Shown here in pieces: positions 32,330 through 43,208 of a DNA stretch of 64,000 bases; within the stretch, counting starts at the first letter, position 1, and the number at the start of each line of letters is the position of its first letter. The stretch is taken from assembly GCA_016211105.1 (NCBI GenBank), contig JACQSX010000028.1:8635-72634 (forward strand). Direction: 5' to 3'. The stretch is from Acidobacteriota bacterium. Its GTDB lineage: Bacteria > Acidobacteriota > UBA6911 > JACQSX01. A program made the translations under genes and the position numbers. The notes beneath the pieces are model-generated. The model did not search any database, was not told where the DNA came from, and saw only the letters and a program-made list of their open reading frames with translations.

Positions 32330-33310
32330 ATGAGCAATTCAAGGTTTGCAATGCGAGATCGCCGTTCGGATAATCTGCAATCCGCAATCCGAAATCTGCA
32401 ATTTGAAATTGGGACTTCCACACTCCGCAATCCGCATTCGGCCCGGCCGATTGTTGCCATGATTCTGACTGCGCTCCTCTGGAGTACCAGCGGTTGGTTG
32501 ATCAAGGTGATTTCAATGGACGCAGTTTCCATGGCGGGATGGCGTTCCGGCATTGCCGGCCTTACATTGCTTCTCATTGCGCGTGCCTGTAAGATCCCGG
32601 TGGGTCTCCCAAGAGATGGTCTCTGCTGGCTCGCTGCCGTTTTCTACGCCGTAATCCTGTTCCTGTTTGTGGCCGCGACCAAGGTCACGGCTGCTGCCAA
32701 TGTTATTTTCTTGCAATATACCGCTCCCATTTACGTGTTGCTGCTGGAGCCGATTTTTCTGAAGACTCGCTTTCGGTTTCGAGATGCGGGCTTTGTGGGT
32801 CTGGCGGTTGTTGGCATGTCGCTTTTCTTTCTGGGGCGGATCGAGGTAGGGGACTGGCGCGGAAACGCTATGGCGCTGGGCAGCGGGATGGCCTTTGGCG
32901 CGTTTGCCCTGATTGCGCGGTCGCAGCACGAGAATGATCGGGCGCGCTGGCAGGCAGTGATTCTTGGAAACTTCGTTTTGTTTGCTGCAATGCTGCTGTT
33001 CTTTCTCTGCAGTCCGGCGCGCATGTCCTGGCCGGGCGGCAAACTTCAGACGGCAGGGCTGCTCTTCCTGGGTCTGTTTCAGATTGGCTGCGCCTATGCC
33101 CTGTTTACCTATGCCATCTCAAAAATATCCGCGTTGGAAACGATGCTTTTAGCGATGCTTGAACCGATATTAAATCCGGTGTGGGTTTATCTCGGCACTA
33201 GAGAAATCCCCTCGCCATGGGCGTTCTGGGGCGGAGCGCTGATCCTTGGGGCCGTCGTGGGACGGACATGGCTTGAAGCTCGCGTGTCTAAGTTTCACGG
33301 CAATGGGTAG
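32330..33310 (+). CDS. EamA/DMT transporter
   Basis: About 10 TM, LQYTAP, LEPILNPVWV; true start probably near 32440-32460. Confidence 0.88.
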   Translation: MSNSRFAMRDRRSDNLQSAIRNLQFEIGTSTLRNPHSARPIVAMILTALLWSTSGWLIKVISMDAVSMAGWRSGIAGLTLLLIARACKIPVGLPRDGLCWLAAVFYAVILFLFVAATKVTAAANVIFLQYTAPIYVLLLEPIFLKTRFRFRDAGFVGLAVVGMSLFFLGRIEVGDWRGNAMALGSGMAFGAFALIARSQHENDRARWQAVILGNFVLFAAMLLFFLCSPARMSWPGGKLQTAGLLFLGLFQIGCAYALFTYAISKISALETMLLAMLEPILNPVWVYLGTREIPSPWAFWGGALILGAVVGRTWLEARVSKFHGNG

Positions 33311-33486
33311 AACAGGATTCCCCCAATCCTGCTTTCCCGCGGCAGGCGCTTTTGCGCTCCCCTGGTTTGTCCGGAGCGTAGTGCGGGTTTCCTAAATTGA
33401 AATGATCGAGGTCGACCCAATCGAGGTACGTAGGCCTTTTACACAGCTTGACGTGGTTATCGCCCTCGTCGTGTCGTGCTCCCAAG

Positions 33487-33515
33487 TTGACAGATGCCAA
33501 ACGGCACAGTAATAT
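33487..33515 (+). promoter_or_regulatory. Sigma70 promoter of tRNA
   Basis: TTGACA-17 nt-TAATAT, 12 nt before the tRNA. Confidence 0.75.
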
Positions 33516-33527
33516 CAATGGACGTGG

Positions 33528-33604
<77 letters not shown>

Positions 33605-33620
33605 ACCTTCTATCTTCGCT

Positions 33621-33643
33621 GGCCACTGCAAAGTGGCTTTTTT
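33621..33643 (+). terminator. Intrinsic terminator after tRNA
   Basis: GCCACT-GCAA-AGTGGC followed by T run. Confidence 0.7.
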
Positions 33644-33685
33644 GTTGGATTTGCAGGGCTGAGCGACCATTTTTCATTTCCCAAA

Positions 33686-33960
33686 TTAGTGTACCTTTTC
33701 GGTGCTTGACGCCTTTTCTACAACATTTCTACAACAAAAACTTCCGAGAGCATCTCCCAGAATTGAAGCTGCCTGGTCGATATCGTCCTCATCCAGGTGG
33801 GTGTAAATATCCGCCGTGGTCGAAACGGTAGCGTAACCAAGCTGCCTCTGTGCGATCTTAATACTGCCTGTCTCGCTGTGAAGAATGGAGCCAGCCAGAT
33901 GCCTGAAAGCGTGGCAACCGGACGCTCTGGCGATCCGTCGAATGCCGGCCAGTGCCGGCC
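33686..33960 (-). pseudogene. Tyrosine integrase C-terminal remnant
   Basis: Manual translation ..ARASGCHAFRHLAGSILH..AQRQLGYATVSTTADIYTH..; HxxR box and catalytic Tyr present, N-terminal part absent. Confidence 0.85.
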
Positions 33961-34451
33961 CACTTTTTGTCTGTGAAAAAATGGACGAAGGCCTTCTCGA
34001 TCAGTGCGAACACAATCAAGACTGGCAGGAACGATATCTGCATGTCTTCGCGTCGGCTTTGGATCAAGTGTTCAACTCCTTTGAGTCCAGTCATTGCGCA
34101 TCCTGTTCGCCTCAGTTGCGGCGGCTGCCAGCGGCAGCCGGTACGCTCGATCGGGAGTATGAAATCACTGAGGATACCGGGGAAATTGAAGATCTCTTGC
34201 GAGTGGAGGAACCACCGAAAACCAAGTACCAATCTCTAGCAATGCAGGTGCAGGCTCCATGGAGAACGCGGGGACGAGCGATCCCGGAGCCGTCAAGCCC
34301 TCCGGTGCAGCCAAGCAGGGCAAAAGACGGGTTTGCCAGTACCAAGGACCCAATGCCTTTGGCCAGGACAACTATACAGAGAGCTCCTTGATTGTGCGGC
34401 AGGATTAGGAAGGCTTTGAGGTCAAGGACATCAGCGCTGGCAAGACCTATC

Positions 34452-34572
34452 GGGTCCAAATTGATCAAGGCGAGATGGGTGGGGCCCTGCAACTGCGGTC
34501 TGGACGCCGGCCCTCCACCGCCTTATCAATGCTCGCACCAGATCGCCGTGCGCGGGCTACTGTTTAATCGCT
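34452..34572 (+). repeat. About 120-bp imperfect direct repeat, copy 1 (SWIM-like Zn-finger coding fragment)
   Basis: Matches 37777-37896; encodes WVGPCNCGLDAGPPPPYQCSHQIAVRGLLFNR. Confidence 0.85.
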
Positions 34573-34792
34573 GGTGGTTCGGAAAGCCGTATCCGCGAAG
34601 GTGGCGCGGGTGTCGTTGAATGTCGGGAAAGCGCCTGCCAGGCTCATTCCAGCCTGGCAGGCGCACCTTACTAAGGCAGCAACCCGAGTCAAGGTGGTCC
34701 CAATAAATTGTTTACATGCGCGTGCCGGTAATGATACTTTTATGGCAAAAGATATCATAGTTCAGGGTTGACGAGATTAAAGTATCACTGAA

Positions 34793-35965
34793 ATGCAACT
34801 AACTGATTTTACAAAGGATATGTGGGGAGAGGTGGGTTGGAGCACAACCGGATACCACTATTTTGTTCCCGGTCCGCTTCCGCCACTCCTAATTGCTAGC
34901 TGGGAGCTGACGCAAAGGCTTTCACAAGCAGATCGAGCGGTGAGTGAATTGTCAGGGACCGCGCGAAACCTCCCGAATCCGCATCTTCTTATCGGGCCCT
35001 TTATCCGGCGTGAAGCCGTTCTGTCCAGCCGCATCGAGGGAACAGAGGCATCGCTTTCGGATTTGTTTTTCTTTGAAGCGGCGGGTCCGGCGTGGCCGAC
35101 GGGGGAGCGTCCTGCCGACGTTGTTGAAGTCGCCAACTATGTGCGCGCCATGGAATATGGCCTCAAGCGGCTTAAGGAACTTCCTCTTAGCCTTAGATTG
35201 ATACGTGAGCTACACGGGAAACTCATGGAAGGGGTGCGCGGGGATCGCCTCACACCTGGCCAGTTCAGAAGGTCTCAGAACTGGATCGGCCCGGCTGGCT
35301 GTACGTTGGCAGATGCAACCTATGTGCCGCCGCCGGTGAGAGAAATGAACGAGGCACTCGATAGGTTTGAGAAGTATCTTCATCAAGAATCACCCTTGCC
35401 GCCGCTGATTCGGATGGCTCTGGTGCACTATCAGTTTGAAGCGATTCATCCTTTTCTGGACGGCAACGGGCGGATTGGAAGGTTGCTGATTTCGCTGCTT
35501 TTATGTCATGAAGGACTGCTCGCCCAACCACTCCTTTACCTGAGCGCCTACTTTGAACAAAACCGCCAGGAGTACTACCGCCGGCTGCTGGCTGTGAGCC
35601 AATCAGGTCAATGGTCGGAATGGATTCACTTTTTCCTGACGGGTGTGGCCCGGCAGTCTCGAGATGCGATTTGGAGGACCGGGAAACTTCTGGATTTATG
35701 GCAGTCCTATCGGAGGAAGTTCCAGTTGGCTAGATCCTCGGCGCTGCTGATGCGGTTAGTCGATGGTTTATTTGAATCCCCGGTGATCAGCATCTCCCGG
35801 GCCGCCGCCCGCCTTGGAGTCACTCATCGCTCTGCCACTCTGAATATCCAAAAAATGGTCGACACCGGCATCTTGACGGAGGTGACCGGACGAGAGCGAT
35901 ACAGGCTGTTCTTGGCGCGCGGAATTCTCAGTGTTATTGAAGAAGAAAGGAAAGAGGGAGGATAA
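34793..35965 (+). CDS. Fic family protein (class III-like architecture)
   Basis: EAVLSSRIEG, HPFLDGNGRIGR, C-terminal wHTH. Confidence 0.94.
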   Translation: MQLTDFTKDMWGEVGWSTTGYHYFVPGPLPPLLIASWELTQRLSQADRAVSELSGTARNLPNPHLLIGPFIRREAVLSSRIEGTEASLSDLFFFEAAGPAWPTGERPADVVEVANYVRAMEYGLKRLKELPLSLRLIRELHGKLMEGVRGDRLTPGQFRRSQNWIGPAGCTLADATYVPPPVREMNEALDRFEKYLHQESPLPPLIRMALVHYQFEAIHPFLDGNGRIGRLLISLLLCHEGLLAQPLLYLSAYFEQNRQEYYRRLLAVSQSGQWSEWIHFFLTGVARQSRDAIWRTGKLLDLWQSYRRKFQLARSSALLMRLVDGLFESPVISISRAAARLGVTHRSATLNIQKMVDTGILTEVTGRERYRLFLARGILSVIEEERKEGG

Positions 35966-36454
35966 CATCCTTGGTCGCCGACGTATCGATATCCCGAACA
36001 GAGTTTTGCGCGACTGGAGATGGATAGGGAGTTGCATTGGCAGAAATTCACGAGCGGCGTAGCCTATCCCCTGTGAGAGACTGATAACCTGCCTGCATGG
36101 CTTCCGCGGCGCGCGACAAAGGCTTTCGACACCGAGAAGCAGAGCGCTGGAAACGTGAATGCTGATGTGTCGTCGGAAACCACAACACACACTGGGGCCG
36201 AATGGGAGACTGGAAGTTCTTCGATCGGAATTTGGATTCGGGGGAATTCTTAAGCGATCCAGCGGTGAAGTAAGAAGTCAGAAACCCCGGATGAATCCCG
36301 TGTTGCGTATAATATCGCTCTACATCTCCAGACCAGAGCGCCTTTTTGCAACCAAGCCAGTTTAAGAAGCCAGGTTTTCTGGAGATAGCCAAAAGTCGCG
36401 GAACAGTAATACGAAAATGTAACGTGCAACAACAGCTTTTGTTTTAATGAAAGA

Positions 36455-36751
36455 GTGACAATGACGGTTTTGGAACTGCTTCAGGACAAACGCGAAGAGA
36501 TTCTCCGGATCGCTGAAAAGCACGGCGTGCGCAATGTGCGTGTTTTCGGATCTGCCGCGTGCGGGGAGGCAACCGATAAAAGTGACATTGACCTTCTAGT
36601 GCGGGCGGCGAATCAGACAAGTGCATGGTTTCCGGCCGGATTTGTGGAAGAGCTGGAGAACCTGCTTGGCTGCCGGGTTGAGGTGGTTACGGAGGATGGA
36701 CTCTATTGGCTTTTGCGCCGGCGTATCCTCAAGGAAGCTAGGCCGCTGTGA
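36455..36751 (+). CDS. Minimal nucleotidyltransferase (MNT antitoxin)
   Basis: VRVFGSAACGE..SDIDLLV. Confidence 0.88.
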   Translation: MTMTVLELLQDKREEILRIAEKHGVRNVRVFGSAACGEATDKSDIDLLVRAANQTSAWFPAGFVEELENLLGCRVEVVTEDGLYWLLRRRILKEARPL

Positions 36752-36798
36752 AGAAGGATCCGCGCGTCTATCTTGCAACGATTGCCGTTCATCGATAA
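36748..36798 (+). pseudogene. Truncated HEPN/DUF86 toxin start
   Basis: GTGA overlap with MNT; MKKDPRVYLA then unrelated sequence and an early stop. Confidence 0.6.
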
Positions 36799-37071
36799 TT
36801 CGTTGTACTTGTCTTTAGAGCTATAAGATCGATCAGTGCCTTCTCGCGCATCGCCAAGTATTGTTCAAAGTTATTGGAGAGTAGGGGAGAGGCGATACCC
36901 ACTCTCGCCATTCTTGATAAGCCGTCAGAACGTCGTTTAAACTACAGAAAACTTGTAAGTAGATTTCGGATAAGTTTGGTTTTTCGGGTTTGCACCTGCT
37001 CTTAACCCGGCCTATCGAAAAGCAGCACAGACTGGTTGCAGTGGGGCACAGGAACGCATAGACTTTAGAAT

Positions 37072-37287
37072 ATGGCACGCATGATTCCTGTGGACGACTT
37101 GACCGCGGAAGAACGTATCGAGCTCATCGCCAGGCTGTGGGATAGTCTCGACCCCGCGGTGGCTGCGCCGATCACGCCTGCGCTGTCCGCCGAATTGGAT
37201 CGCCGCGAAGCAGAGGCTAACGGGGCGCCGGATGCAGGTAATGCCTGGTCAGACATCAGGAGTGAACTCCGCAAAAGGCTTGAGTAG
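37072..37287 (+). CDS. Addiction module antitoxin component
   Basis: LTAEERIELIARLWDSL..ELDRR..W pattern. Confidence 0.85.
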   Translation: MARMIPVDDLTAEERIELIARLWDSLDPAVAAPITPALSAELDRREAEANGAPDAGNAWSDIRSELRKRLE

Positions 37288-37587
37288 GTGCGTCGGCTCC
37301 GTGTTCGCAAGATCGCTGGGGCCGAAATTGTTGCTGCCTTCGAGTGGTATCTCAAGCGATCACCGGCTGCGGCGCGGCGGTTCCTTGACGCGGTTGACGA
37401 AGCGATGACTGCTATCGAGGAAGCGCCAGAGCGTCACACAATAATTCAGAGCCGCCTTCATCGGATTCTATTACGACGCTTCCCGTACGCCGTTTACTAC
37501 AAGGTGTTTCCATCGACGATCAGCGTTGTGGGCGTGATTCACGGGCACCGCCACCTGGACACGTGGTTGCGGCGTGCTGCGCCCTGA
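37288..37587 (+). CDS. RelE/ParE-family toxin
   Basis: A..EI..AFEWY, RRFPYAVYY, VIHGHR; follows the antitoxin. Confidence 0.85.
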   Translation: MRRLRVRKIAGAEIVAAFEWYLKRSPAAARRFLDAVDEAMTAIEEAPERHTIIQSRLHRILLRRFPYAVYYKVFPSTISVVGVIHGHRHLDTWLRRAAP

Positions 37588-37776
37588 AGAGCAAATGCTG
37601 CTGCCGGGCGCGCAAGTTCTCAAGGAAGTCATAGAACGAAATTTATTCCGTTACATCGGTTCGCCTGGAACGGGAACGGAAGACCTTGAGGATTGCTTAC
37701 GGCTTGAGGTCTCTGGTGTGGATGCGGGCGATTCCACAATTTTGAACAGCCGACTTCAATCCAAGGTCAAGCGCGG

Positions 37777-37896
37777 GGGTCCAACGGATCAAGGGAAGAT
37801 GGATAGGGCCCTGCAACTGCGGCCTGGATAAGGGGCCTCCGCCTTCGTATCAATGCTCCCACCAGATCGCCGTCCGCGGGCTGCTGTTTAATCGCT
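37777..37896 (+). repeat. About 120-bp imperfect direct repeat, copy 2
   Basis: Encodes WIGPCNCGLDKGPPPSYQCSHQIAVRGLLFNR. Confidence 0.85.
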
Positions 37897-38008
37897 ATCG
37901 CTGTGTTGCATTTGGCCGATAGCGGTGGCGGTATTGGGCGCTGGCATTTCTTACGTTTCCCTACTATTCGAGGTTTTTAGTTTGAACTTTTCATTTTGAG
38001 GAGAGTTT

Positions 38009-38347
38009 ATGAAACAACCGAAGACTGTAATTTTTTTGATTCTTTCACTATTCGTTATCGCAGGGTGGGTCGCAACACGGCGGAGCACGATTTCCGCCGA
38101 CGACAAGGCCGCGCAGCCGGCGCAGCTTGAGAAAATAACTTTTAAGGTTCAGGGGATGACCTGTGGAGGTTGCGCCCTGGCAGTAAAGAAGACTCTGGAA
38201 AAACAGCAGGGAGTCCGCAAAGCGGAAGTCTCACTGGAAAAAGGAGAAGCGATTGCCGAAGTAAAAAGAGGCAATGTCAGGCCTGAGGACCTGGCTGATG
38301 CGGTCACCAAGGTCGGGTACAAAACGACGGTGGTAAGGCTCAATTAG
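38009..38347 (+). CDS. Exported HMA-domain metal-binding protein (MerP/CopZ-like, CxxC)
   Basis: Signal/anchor helix; GMTCGGC. Confidence 0.9.
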   Translation: MKQPKTVIFLILSLFVIAGWVATRRSTISADDKAAQPAQLEKITFKVQGMTCGGCALAVKKTLEKQQGVRKAEVSLEKGEAIAEVKRGNVRPEDLADAVTKVGYKTTVVRLN

Positions 38348-38363
38348 TGGAGGATTCGACAAA

Positions 38364-38892
38364 ATGTCTCAGTGCTGTCCTACTGCAGCATCCTCGTGTT
38401 CAAACACTCAAGCGATGGAACGCCGCCTGGGAATTTGTCCCGAGTGCGGCAACAAGGGAACGAAAGTCCAACCGATTACGGTGCAAAGCCTGGTCCGGCC
38501 GGACCGCCACGTGGGAATCCAGGAAACCCAGTATCACTACTGCGCTACCCCTGAATGCGATGTCGTGTACTACTCGAATAGAGCCGATCTCGTTTTTCAG
38601 AAAAGAGATCTCACCGTCCGCATAGGAGCTAAGGAAAACGTTGATCCCATCCCTGTGTGCTATTGTTTTGGACACACGGAGCGATCCATCCAGGACGAAA
38701 TTGAAAGCACAGGCAGTTCCTCTGCCGAGGAAAAGATACGCGCCGAAATAAAGGGGGGGCAACTGCGCCTGTGAAAGGACCAATCCTGCGGGAACCTGTT
38801 GTCTGGGAGACGTGCGAGCCGTGACCCGACGTTTGCTTCACAGGAAAGCGGCCGCAGAAGATCGTTGCACTATTACGTGTGCGAAGATGTAA
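38364..38892 (+). pseudogene. CopZ N-terminal-like Zn/2Fe-2S protein, frameshifted at a G7 run
   Basis: CPEC, YCATPECDVVY, VCYCFG; after G7 (38753-38759) the shifted frame gives NCACERTNPAGTCCLGDV, matching paralog 52642. Confidence 0.82.
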
Positions 38893-38967
38893 ACGGAACC
38901 TGTCTGTCTCAGGGGTGTCTTTCGTGCTTCTCCTGTTCCGTCTTCTGCATTTGCCAAAACATCGGAT

Positions 38968-39531
38968 CTAACCATCGCCGTGGAATTTACGCACGTTTGT
39001 CTTGTCGGCTTTGCGCGCCCAACCCCGGTCCCGTGCCCAGTCCAAGAGTTTTTCGCTCAACCGGTTCCTGCCCCGGTGCAAACGCGACATCACGGTACCG
39101 ACCGGACAGTGAAGCACTTCGGCAATCTCCTGATAGGTCATCTCTTCTACGTCCCGGAGCAGGACTACCTCGCGGAAATCCTCGGGAAGAGCCCGTACGG
39201 CTCGGACAACCTCCTCGTCTGGCACTTTCGCCAACAACTCGTCTTCAAAGCTCGCCGTCGATGGCTCTGGCGCCGGTGTTTCGGAAATCTCGACGGTCAG
39301 ACGGAGGTTGCTTTTTCTCATCCAGTCCCGGTATGCATTGTGAGCTATTTTTAGTAACCAGGACTTGAGCGAGAAGTCTGCGTTGTAAGAGCTGCGGTAT
39401 CGAAGCGCGCGCAGAAAGGTTTCCTGCGTAAGATCCTCGGCTGTCTGCAGATCGTCGCACAGGTGGCACAGGAAACGGTGAACATCTTCCAGAAACGTGG
39501 GTACCGCCTTCTCAAATTCCCTGCGATTCAT
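38968..39531 (-). CDS. ECF sigma factor
   Basis: AEDLTQETFLRA, WLLKIAHN, YQEIAEVL..GTVMSRLHRGR. Confidence 0.93.
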   Translation of the reverse strand: MNRREFEKAVPTFLEDVHRFLCHLCDDLQTAEDLTQETFLRALRYRSSYNADFSLKSWLLKIAHNAYRDWMRKSNLRLTVEISETPAPEPSTASFEDELLAKVPDEEVVRAVRALPEDFREVVLLRDVEEMTYQEIAEVLHCPVGTVMSRLHRGRNRLSEKLLDWARDRGWARKADKTNVRKFHGDG

Positions 39532-39626
39532 TTACAGTCCAAAAGAGCACTTTTTTGGTTCACAAGTCAAGGCGGGAACCGACTTGCCCTCCCCCAGTTT
39601 TTATACGGCCCGGCTGTGTTGCCTTG

Positions 39627-39676
39627 GAGTGCGGCGACGCGTCGCCGCACTCTTTTGGGCGCGACATGTCGCGCCC
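39627..39676. repeat. Two adjacent perfect palindromes (REP-like)
   Basis: GAGTGCGGCGACGCGTCGCCGCACTC (26 bp) and GGGCGCGACATGTCGCGCCC (20 bp). Confidence 0.8.
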
Positions 39677-39789
39677 TCCCAAAGCGGCCTCGTGCGACCG
39701 CACTCCAAAGCCCATGCCGAAGCGGCAGGCGGCCTGGGGAATAAATGGTTGCCCGGCCCGGTAGTTATTCATAGACGTGAAGGAATCTA

Positions 39790-40455
39790 ATGATGAAAAC
39801 TGAAGCAACTGATTGTCACAAATTTGAGCCGATTCTCGATCTTTATCTGGACAGCCAGCTTAGCCCGGAGTCCCGATCTGATTTCGAGCGACACGTTTCT
39901 ACCTGCGCGCGCTGCTTGCAAAGATTGCGCTCACGGCAGACTCTTCTGGAGCGGGTTCGCCGGTCAGGGCGGGAGGTGAAGATCCCGCCGCAGGTGGCGG
40001 CAAGGATATTGAACAGCGCCCGCCGTGAGCTTAAGTGGCACTCTCACGTTGGTTGGAGGTGGGGCGGCGCGGTCGCAGCTCTCTGCCTGCTGTCTGTTCT
40101 GAGCGTTTGGCTTTTTACCGGCCCCTTCCTTTGGAAAGCGGGCCAGATCGAGACGCTGGAAGGCAGATTGGTGTGCATGGGTAAGATGCTTGGGGAACGG
40201 TATCGGGCCCACTGGGATTGCGCCAACTACGGCCACCTTCCGGTGATCGAAACCAACAGCGGCCAGTTGTGGCACCTGGTGAATAATCGGGCGGCTCACG
40301 ACCTAGCCGTCAACATGGATGATGACAGTCAATCGCGAGTCCGGATTGTGGCCTATGTCTACCCGAAGGAGCACTTTCTGGAAATTAGAAGCTATCAGCT
40401 ACTTCGATCAGAATTTCAGGAAAAGAAGGGAGCAAAGCAAAATGAGAATATCTAA
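39790..40455 (+). CDS. zf-HC2 anti-sigma factor
   Basis: HVSTCARC, TM, Cys/His-containing external domain; divergent from ECF gene. Confidence 0.85.
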   Translation: MMKTEATDCHKFEPILDLYLDSQLSPESRSDFERHVSTCARCLQRLRSRQTLLERVRRSGREVKIPPQVAARILNSARRELKWHSHVGWRWGGAVAALCLLSVLSVWLFTGPFLWKAGQIETLEGRLVCMGKMLGERYRAHWDCANYGHLPVIETNSGQLWHLVNNRAAHDLAVNMDDDSQSRVRIVAYVYPKEHFLEIRSYQLLRSEFQEKKGAKQNENI

Positions 40456-40834
40456 GCGTTTCAATCTCTTGATCATGTCATCCCTGATGACGGCCGCAAG
40501 CTTACTCGTGTTGGCCCAACAGAGCGTCTCGCCACAGCAGAAGGCCGCCGTAAGCAAGGCAATCACCGACTATGTACAAAGGGACCAGCAGTTAAAAGGG
40601 GCTTTCCTGGTTAAGGATAAGAAAGCGGGAGCCGTGCGGGAGTTGAAATTCGATCACGTACATTCAGGTGTTGATAAAACGGCAGACGGCCGATATGTGG
40701 CGTGTGTAGATTTCAAGCAGGGAAACAAAGTGCTGGATGTGGACTTCTATCTGAAGCCCGCTACGTCTGGGGAGTTGCAGCTATCAGACATTCGTATCCA
40801 CAAGATTGATGGCAAGGATGTCTCCGGGGAATGA
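40442..40834 (+). CDS. Exported hypothetical protein
   Basis: ATG 40442, signal peptide; YVACVDF..LDVDFY. Confidence 0.7.
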   Translation: MRISKRFNLLIMSSLMTAASLLVLAQQSVSPQQKAAVSKAITDYVQRDQQLKGAFLVKDKKAGAVRELKFDHVHSGVDKTADGRYVACVDFKQGNKVLDVDFYLKPATSGELQLSDIRIHKIDGKDVSGE

Positions 40835-43140
40835 GAAAACCGAAGTACCTGAGAATCACAGGCGTCGTCATCCTAGCTGGAGCCCTTGCGCTGGCCGTTG
40901 GATTATTTCTGCGCCAGAGGGTTGTGGGACAGGAAAAACCCCTGACACAGCCCGGCGCAGTGGCATCCTCTGGGTACCAGAGCACTGAGGTAGGTGCTGG
41001 CAAACCAAATCGGCTCATTGATGAGAAGAGCCCCTATCTGTTGCAGCATGCCTACAATCCGGTGGATTGGTATCCGTGGGGTAGCGCCGCCTTTGAGAAG
41101 GCGCGCAAAGAGAATAAGCCGATCTTTCTGTCGGTGGGCTACTCCACTTGTCATTGGTGTCACGTGATGGAACGCGAGTCGTTCTCCAATCCCAAAATCG
41201 CCGTCATCATGAACAAACATTTCATCAGTATCAAGGTGGACCGCGAGGAAAGACCGGATATCGATCACGTTTATATGACTTTCGTGCAGGCCACAACCGG
41301 GGGCGGTGGTTGGCCTATGTCCGTTTTCCTGACTCCCGAACTGAAACCTTTCTGGGGCGGGACCTATTTTCCCCCCGATGCGCGAAACGGAATGCCCGGA
41401 TTTCGCCAGATTCTGTTGAAGGTGGCGGAACAATGGGAGAGCAATCGGGGGGCCGTCGTCGCTTCGGCCGGGAGAGTTACCGAAGCGCTGAAAAATTTGC
41501 GCGACGCCCCCGGGGACGAGAATGTGAAGCTGGGAAGAGAACTGTTGGACAGGACCTACCAGTGGTACGTTTCGACCTACGGCGCGCGAAATGGAGGTTT
41601 TGAAGCAGCCCCGAAGTTTCCACGGCCCGTCAATTTCAATTTCCTGCTGCGCTACCATGCCCGGACCGGGCAGAAGAAGGCTCTGGAGATGGCAACTCAT
41701 ACCCTGCGCAAGATGGCCGACGGCGGGATCCATGACCCCATTGGTGGAGGATTCCATCGTTACTCTACCGACGAGCGTTGGTTTGCTCCTCATTTTGAAA
41801 AGATGCTGTACGACCAGGCGCAACTGGCCATCTCCTATCTGGAAACTTATCAACTCACCAAGGAGCCTTTCTTCGCAGCCGTAGCTCGAGACATTTTCGA
41901 ATATGTCCTGCGGGACATGACGGACCAAGAGGGTGGTTTCTACTCGGCCGAAGATGCCGACAGCCCTGTCAGCTCCAGCAATCGCGACCAGCAGGCAGAA
42001 GGGGCCTTTTACGTCTGGACCCATCAGGAGATCGCTGCCCTTCTCGGCAATGATGCGGCGATTTTCGAGCACCATTATGGAGTAAGGGAGAGCGGAAACG
42101 TCGAGCGGGATCCTTTTGGAGAATTCAAGAATAAGAGCATTCTTCATGTTGCTTCCGGACTGGAACAGACGGCGCAAAGGTTCAAAAAGCCGGCGAGCCA
42201 GATCAAAGAGATTCTGACCCGGGGCCGGCAGACACTGTTTCAGGCCCGGGCAAAGCGCCCGCGTCCTCATCCGGACGATAAGGTTCTTACCGCCTGGAAT
42301 GGCCTGATGATTTCAGCCTTGAGCAGGGGTTATCAGGTCCTGCGAGAAGACAGGTATCTCAAGGCTGCTGAAAGAGCTGCGTCCTTTGTCACCGGCAGGC
42401 TCTATGACCAGCAATCAAAGCTTCTCAAGAGGCGCTACCGAAAAGGTGAGGCGGCTATCGCGGGGATGTTCGACGACTATGCCTTCTTCACCCAGGGACT
42501 GCTTGACCTGTATGAGACGTCGCTCGACGGGCGCTGGCTGATAGTTGCGATGGAATTGACGGAAACACAGAACCGGCTTTTCTGGGACGCTGGAAAGGGT
42601 GGGTTTTACAACACGACGGAAAAAGATCCTTCCATTCTGATTCGTCTGAAAGAGGACTACGACGGGGCTGAGCCTTCGCCCAATTCCGTGGCAGTATCGA
42701 ACCTGTTGCGCCTGTCTCAAATGTCCGACAACAGGAAATGGCGAGAGGTGGCGGATAGATCGATCAAGGCTTTTGGAAAACGCCTGTTCGAGAGCCCGCA
42801 GGCAATGCCGCAGATGATGGTGGCGGTAGATTTCCACCTAGACAAACCCCGACAGATTCTCATTGCCGGCGACAGAAACGCGCCCGACACGAAGGCCATT
42901 GTGCGTGAGATACACAGGCGATTTATTCCCAACAAGATCTTGGTTCTCGCAGACGGTGGAGCAGGCCAGCAGCGGCTGGCCGCAACTCTTGACATCTTGA
43001 ACAGCCTACGCCGCATTGACGGCAAAGCCACCGCTTACATTTGCGAGAACTATGTCTGCCACCGGCCTACCAACGAGTTGGCTGTGGTCGTCCAATTGCT
43101 CGATGGAAAGGGCACCATACGGAAACGAGGTGAGGACTGA
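40831..43140 (+). CDS. YyaL/SPATA20-like thioredoxin-domain protein (exported)
   Basis: [43 protein letters not shown]. Confidence 0.93.
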   Translation: MRKPKYLRITGVVILAGALALAVGLFLRQRVVGQEKPLTQPGAVASSGYQSTEVGAGKPNRLIDEKSPYLLQHAYNPVDWYPWGSAAFEKARKENKPIFLSVGYSTCHWCHVMERESFSNPKIAVIMNKHFISIKVDREERPDIDHVYMTFVQATTGGGGWPMSVFLTPELKPFWGGTYFPPDARNGMPGFRQILLKVAEQWESNRGAVVASAGRVTEALKNLRDAPGDENVKLGRELLDRTYQWYVSTYGARNGGFEAAPKFPRPVNFNFLLRYHARTGQKKALEMATHTLRKMADGGIHDPIGGGFHRYSTDERWFAPHFEKMLYDQAQLAISYLETYQLTKEPFFAAVARDIFEYVLRDMTDQEGGFYSAEDADSPVSSSNRDQQAEGAFYVWTHQEIAALLGNDAAIFEHHYGVRESGNVERDPFGEFKNKSILHVASGLEQTAQRFKKPASQIKEILTRGRQTLFQARAKRPRPHPDDKVLTAWNGLMISALSRGYQVLREDRYLKAAERAASFVTGRLYDQQSKLLKRRYRKGEAAIAGMFDDYAFFTQGLLDLYETSLDGRWLIVAMELTETQNRLFWDAGKGGFYNTTEKDPSILIRLKEDYDGAEPSPNSVAVSNLLRLSQMSDNRKWREVADRSIKAFGKRLFESPQAMPQMMVAVDFHLDKPRQILIAGDRNAPDTKAIVREIHRRFIPNKILVLADGGAGQQRLAATLDILNSLRRIDGKATAYICENYVCHRPTNELAVVVQLLDGKGTIRKRGED

Positions 43141-43208
43141 GCCAGTGCTGGTCGCCAAAAGATGAAAATACTCTCCGAGAACACGATCGAGTTCATAGAG
43201 GAAATCTT

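Noticed and set aside
32193-32440. Heptamer-like repeats (ATCCGCA etc.; similar stretches near 5200-5260, 5940-6035, 24050-24080, 30100-30200) as a CRISPR array
   Set aside because: Short degenerate tandem units with no repeat-spacer structure and no cas genes; they only inflate ORF N-termini.
35970-36440. Short ORFs between Fic and MNT (also 33952-34391 and 56490-56740)
   Set aside because: No recognisable motifs; likely degraded fragments that I cannot assign.
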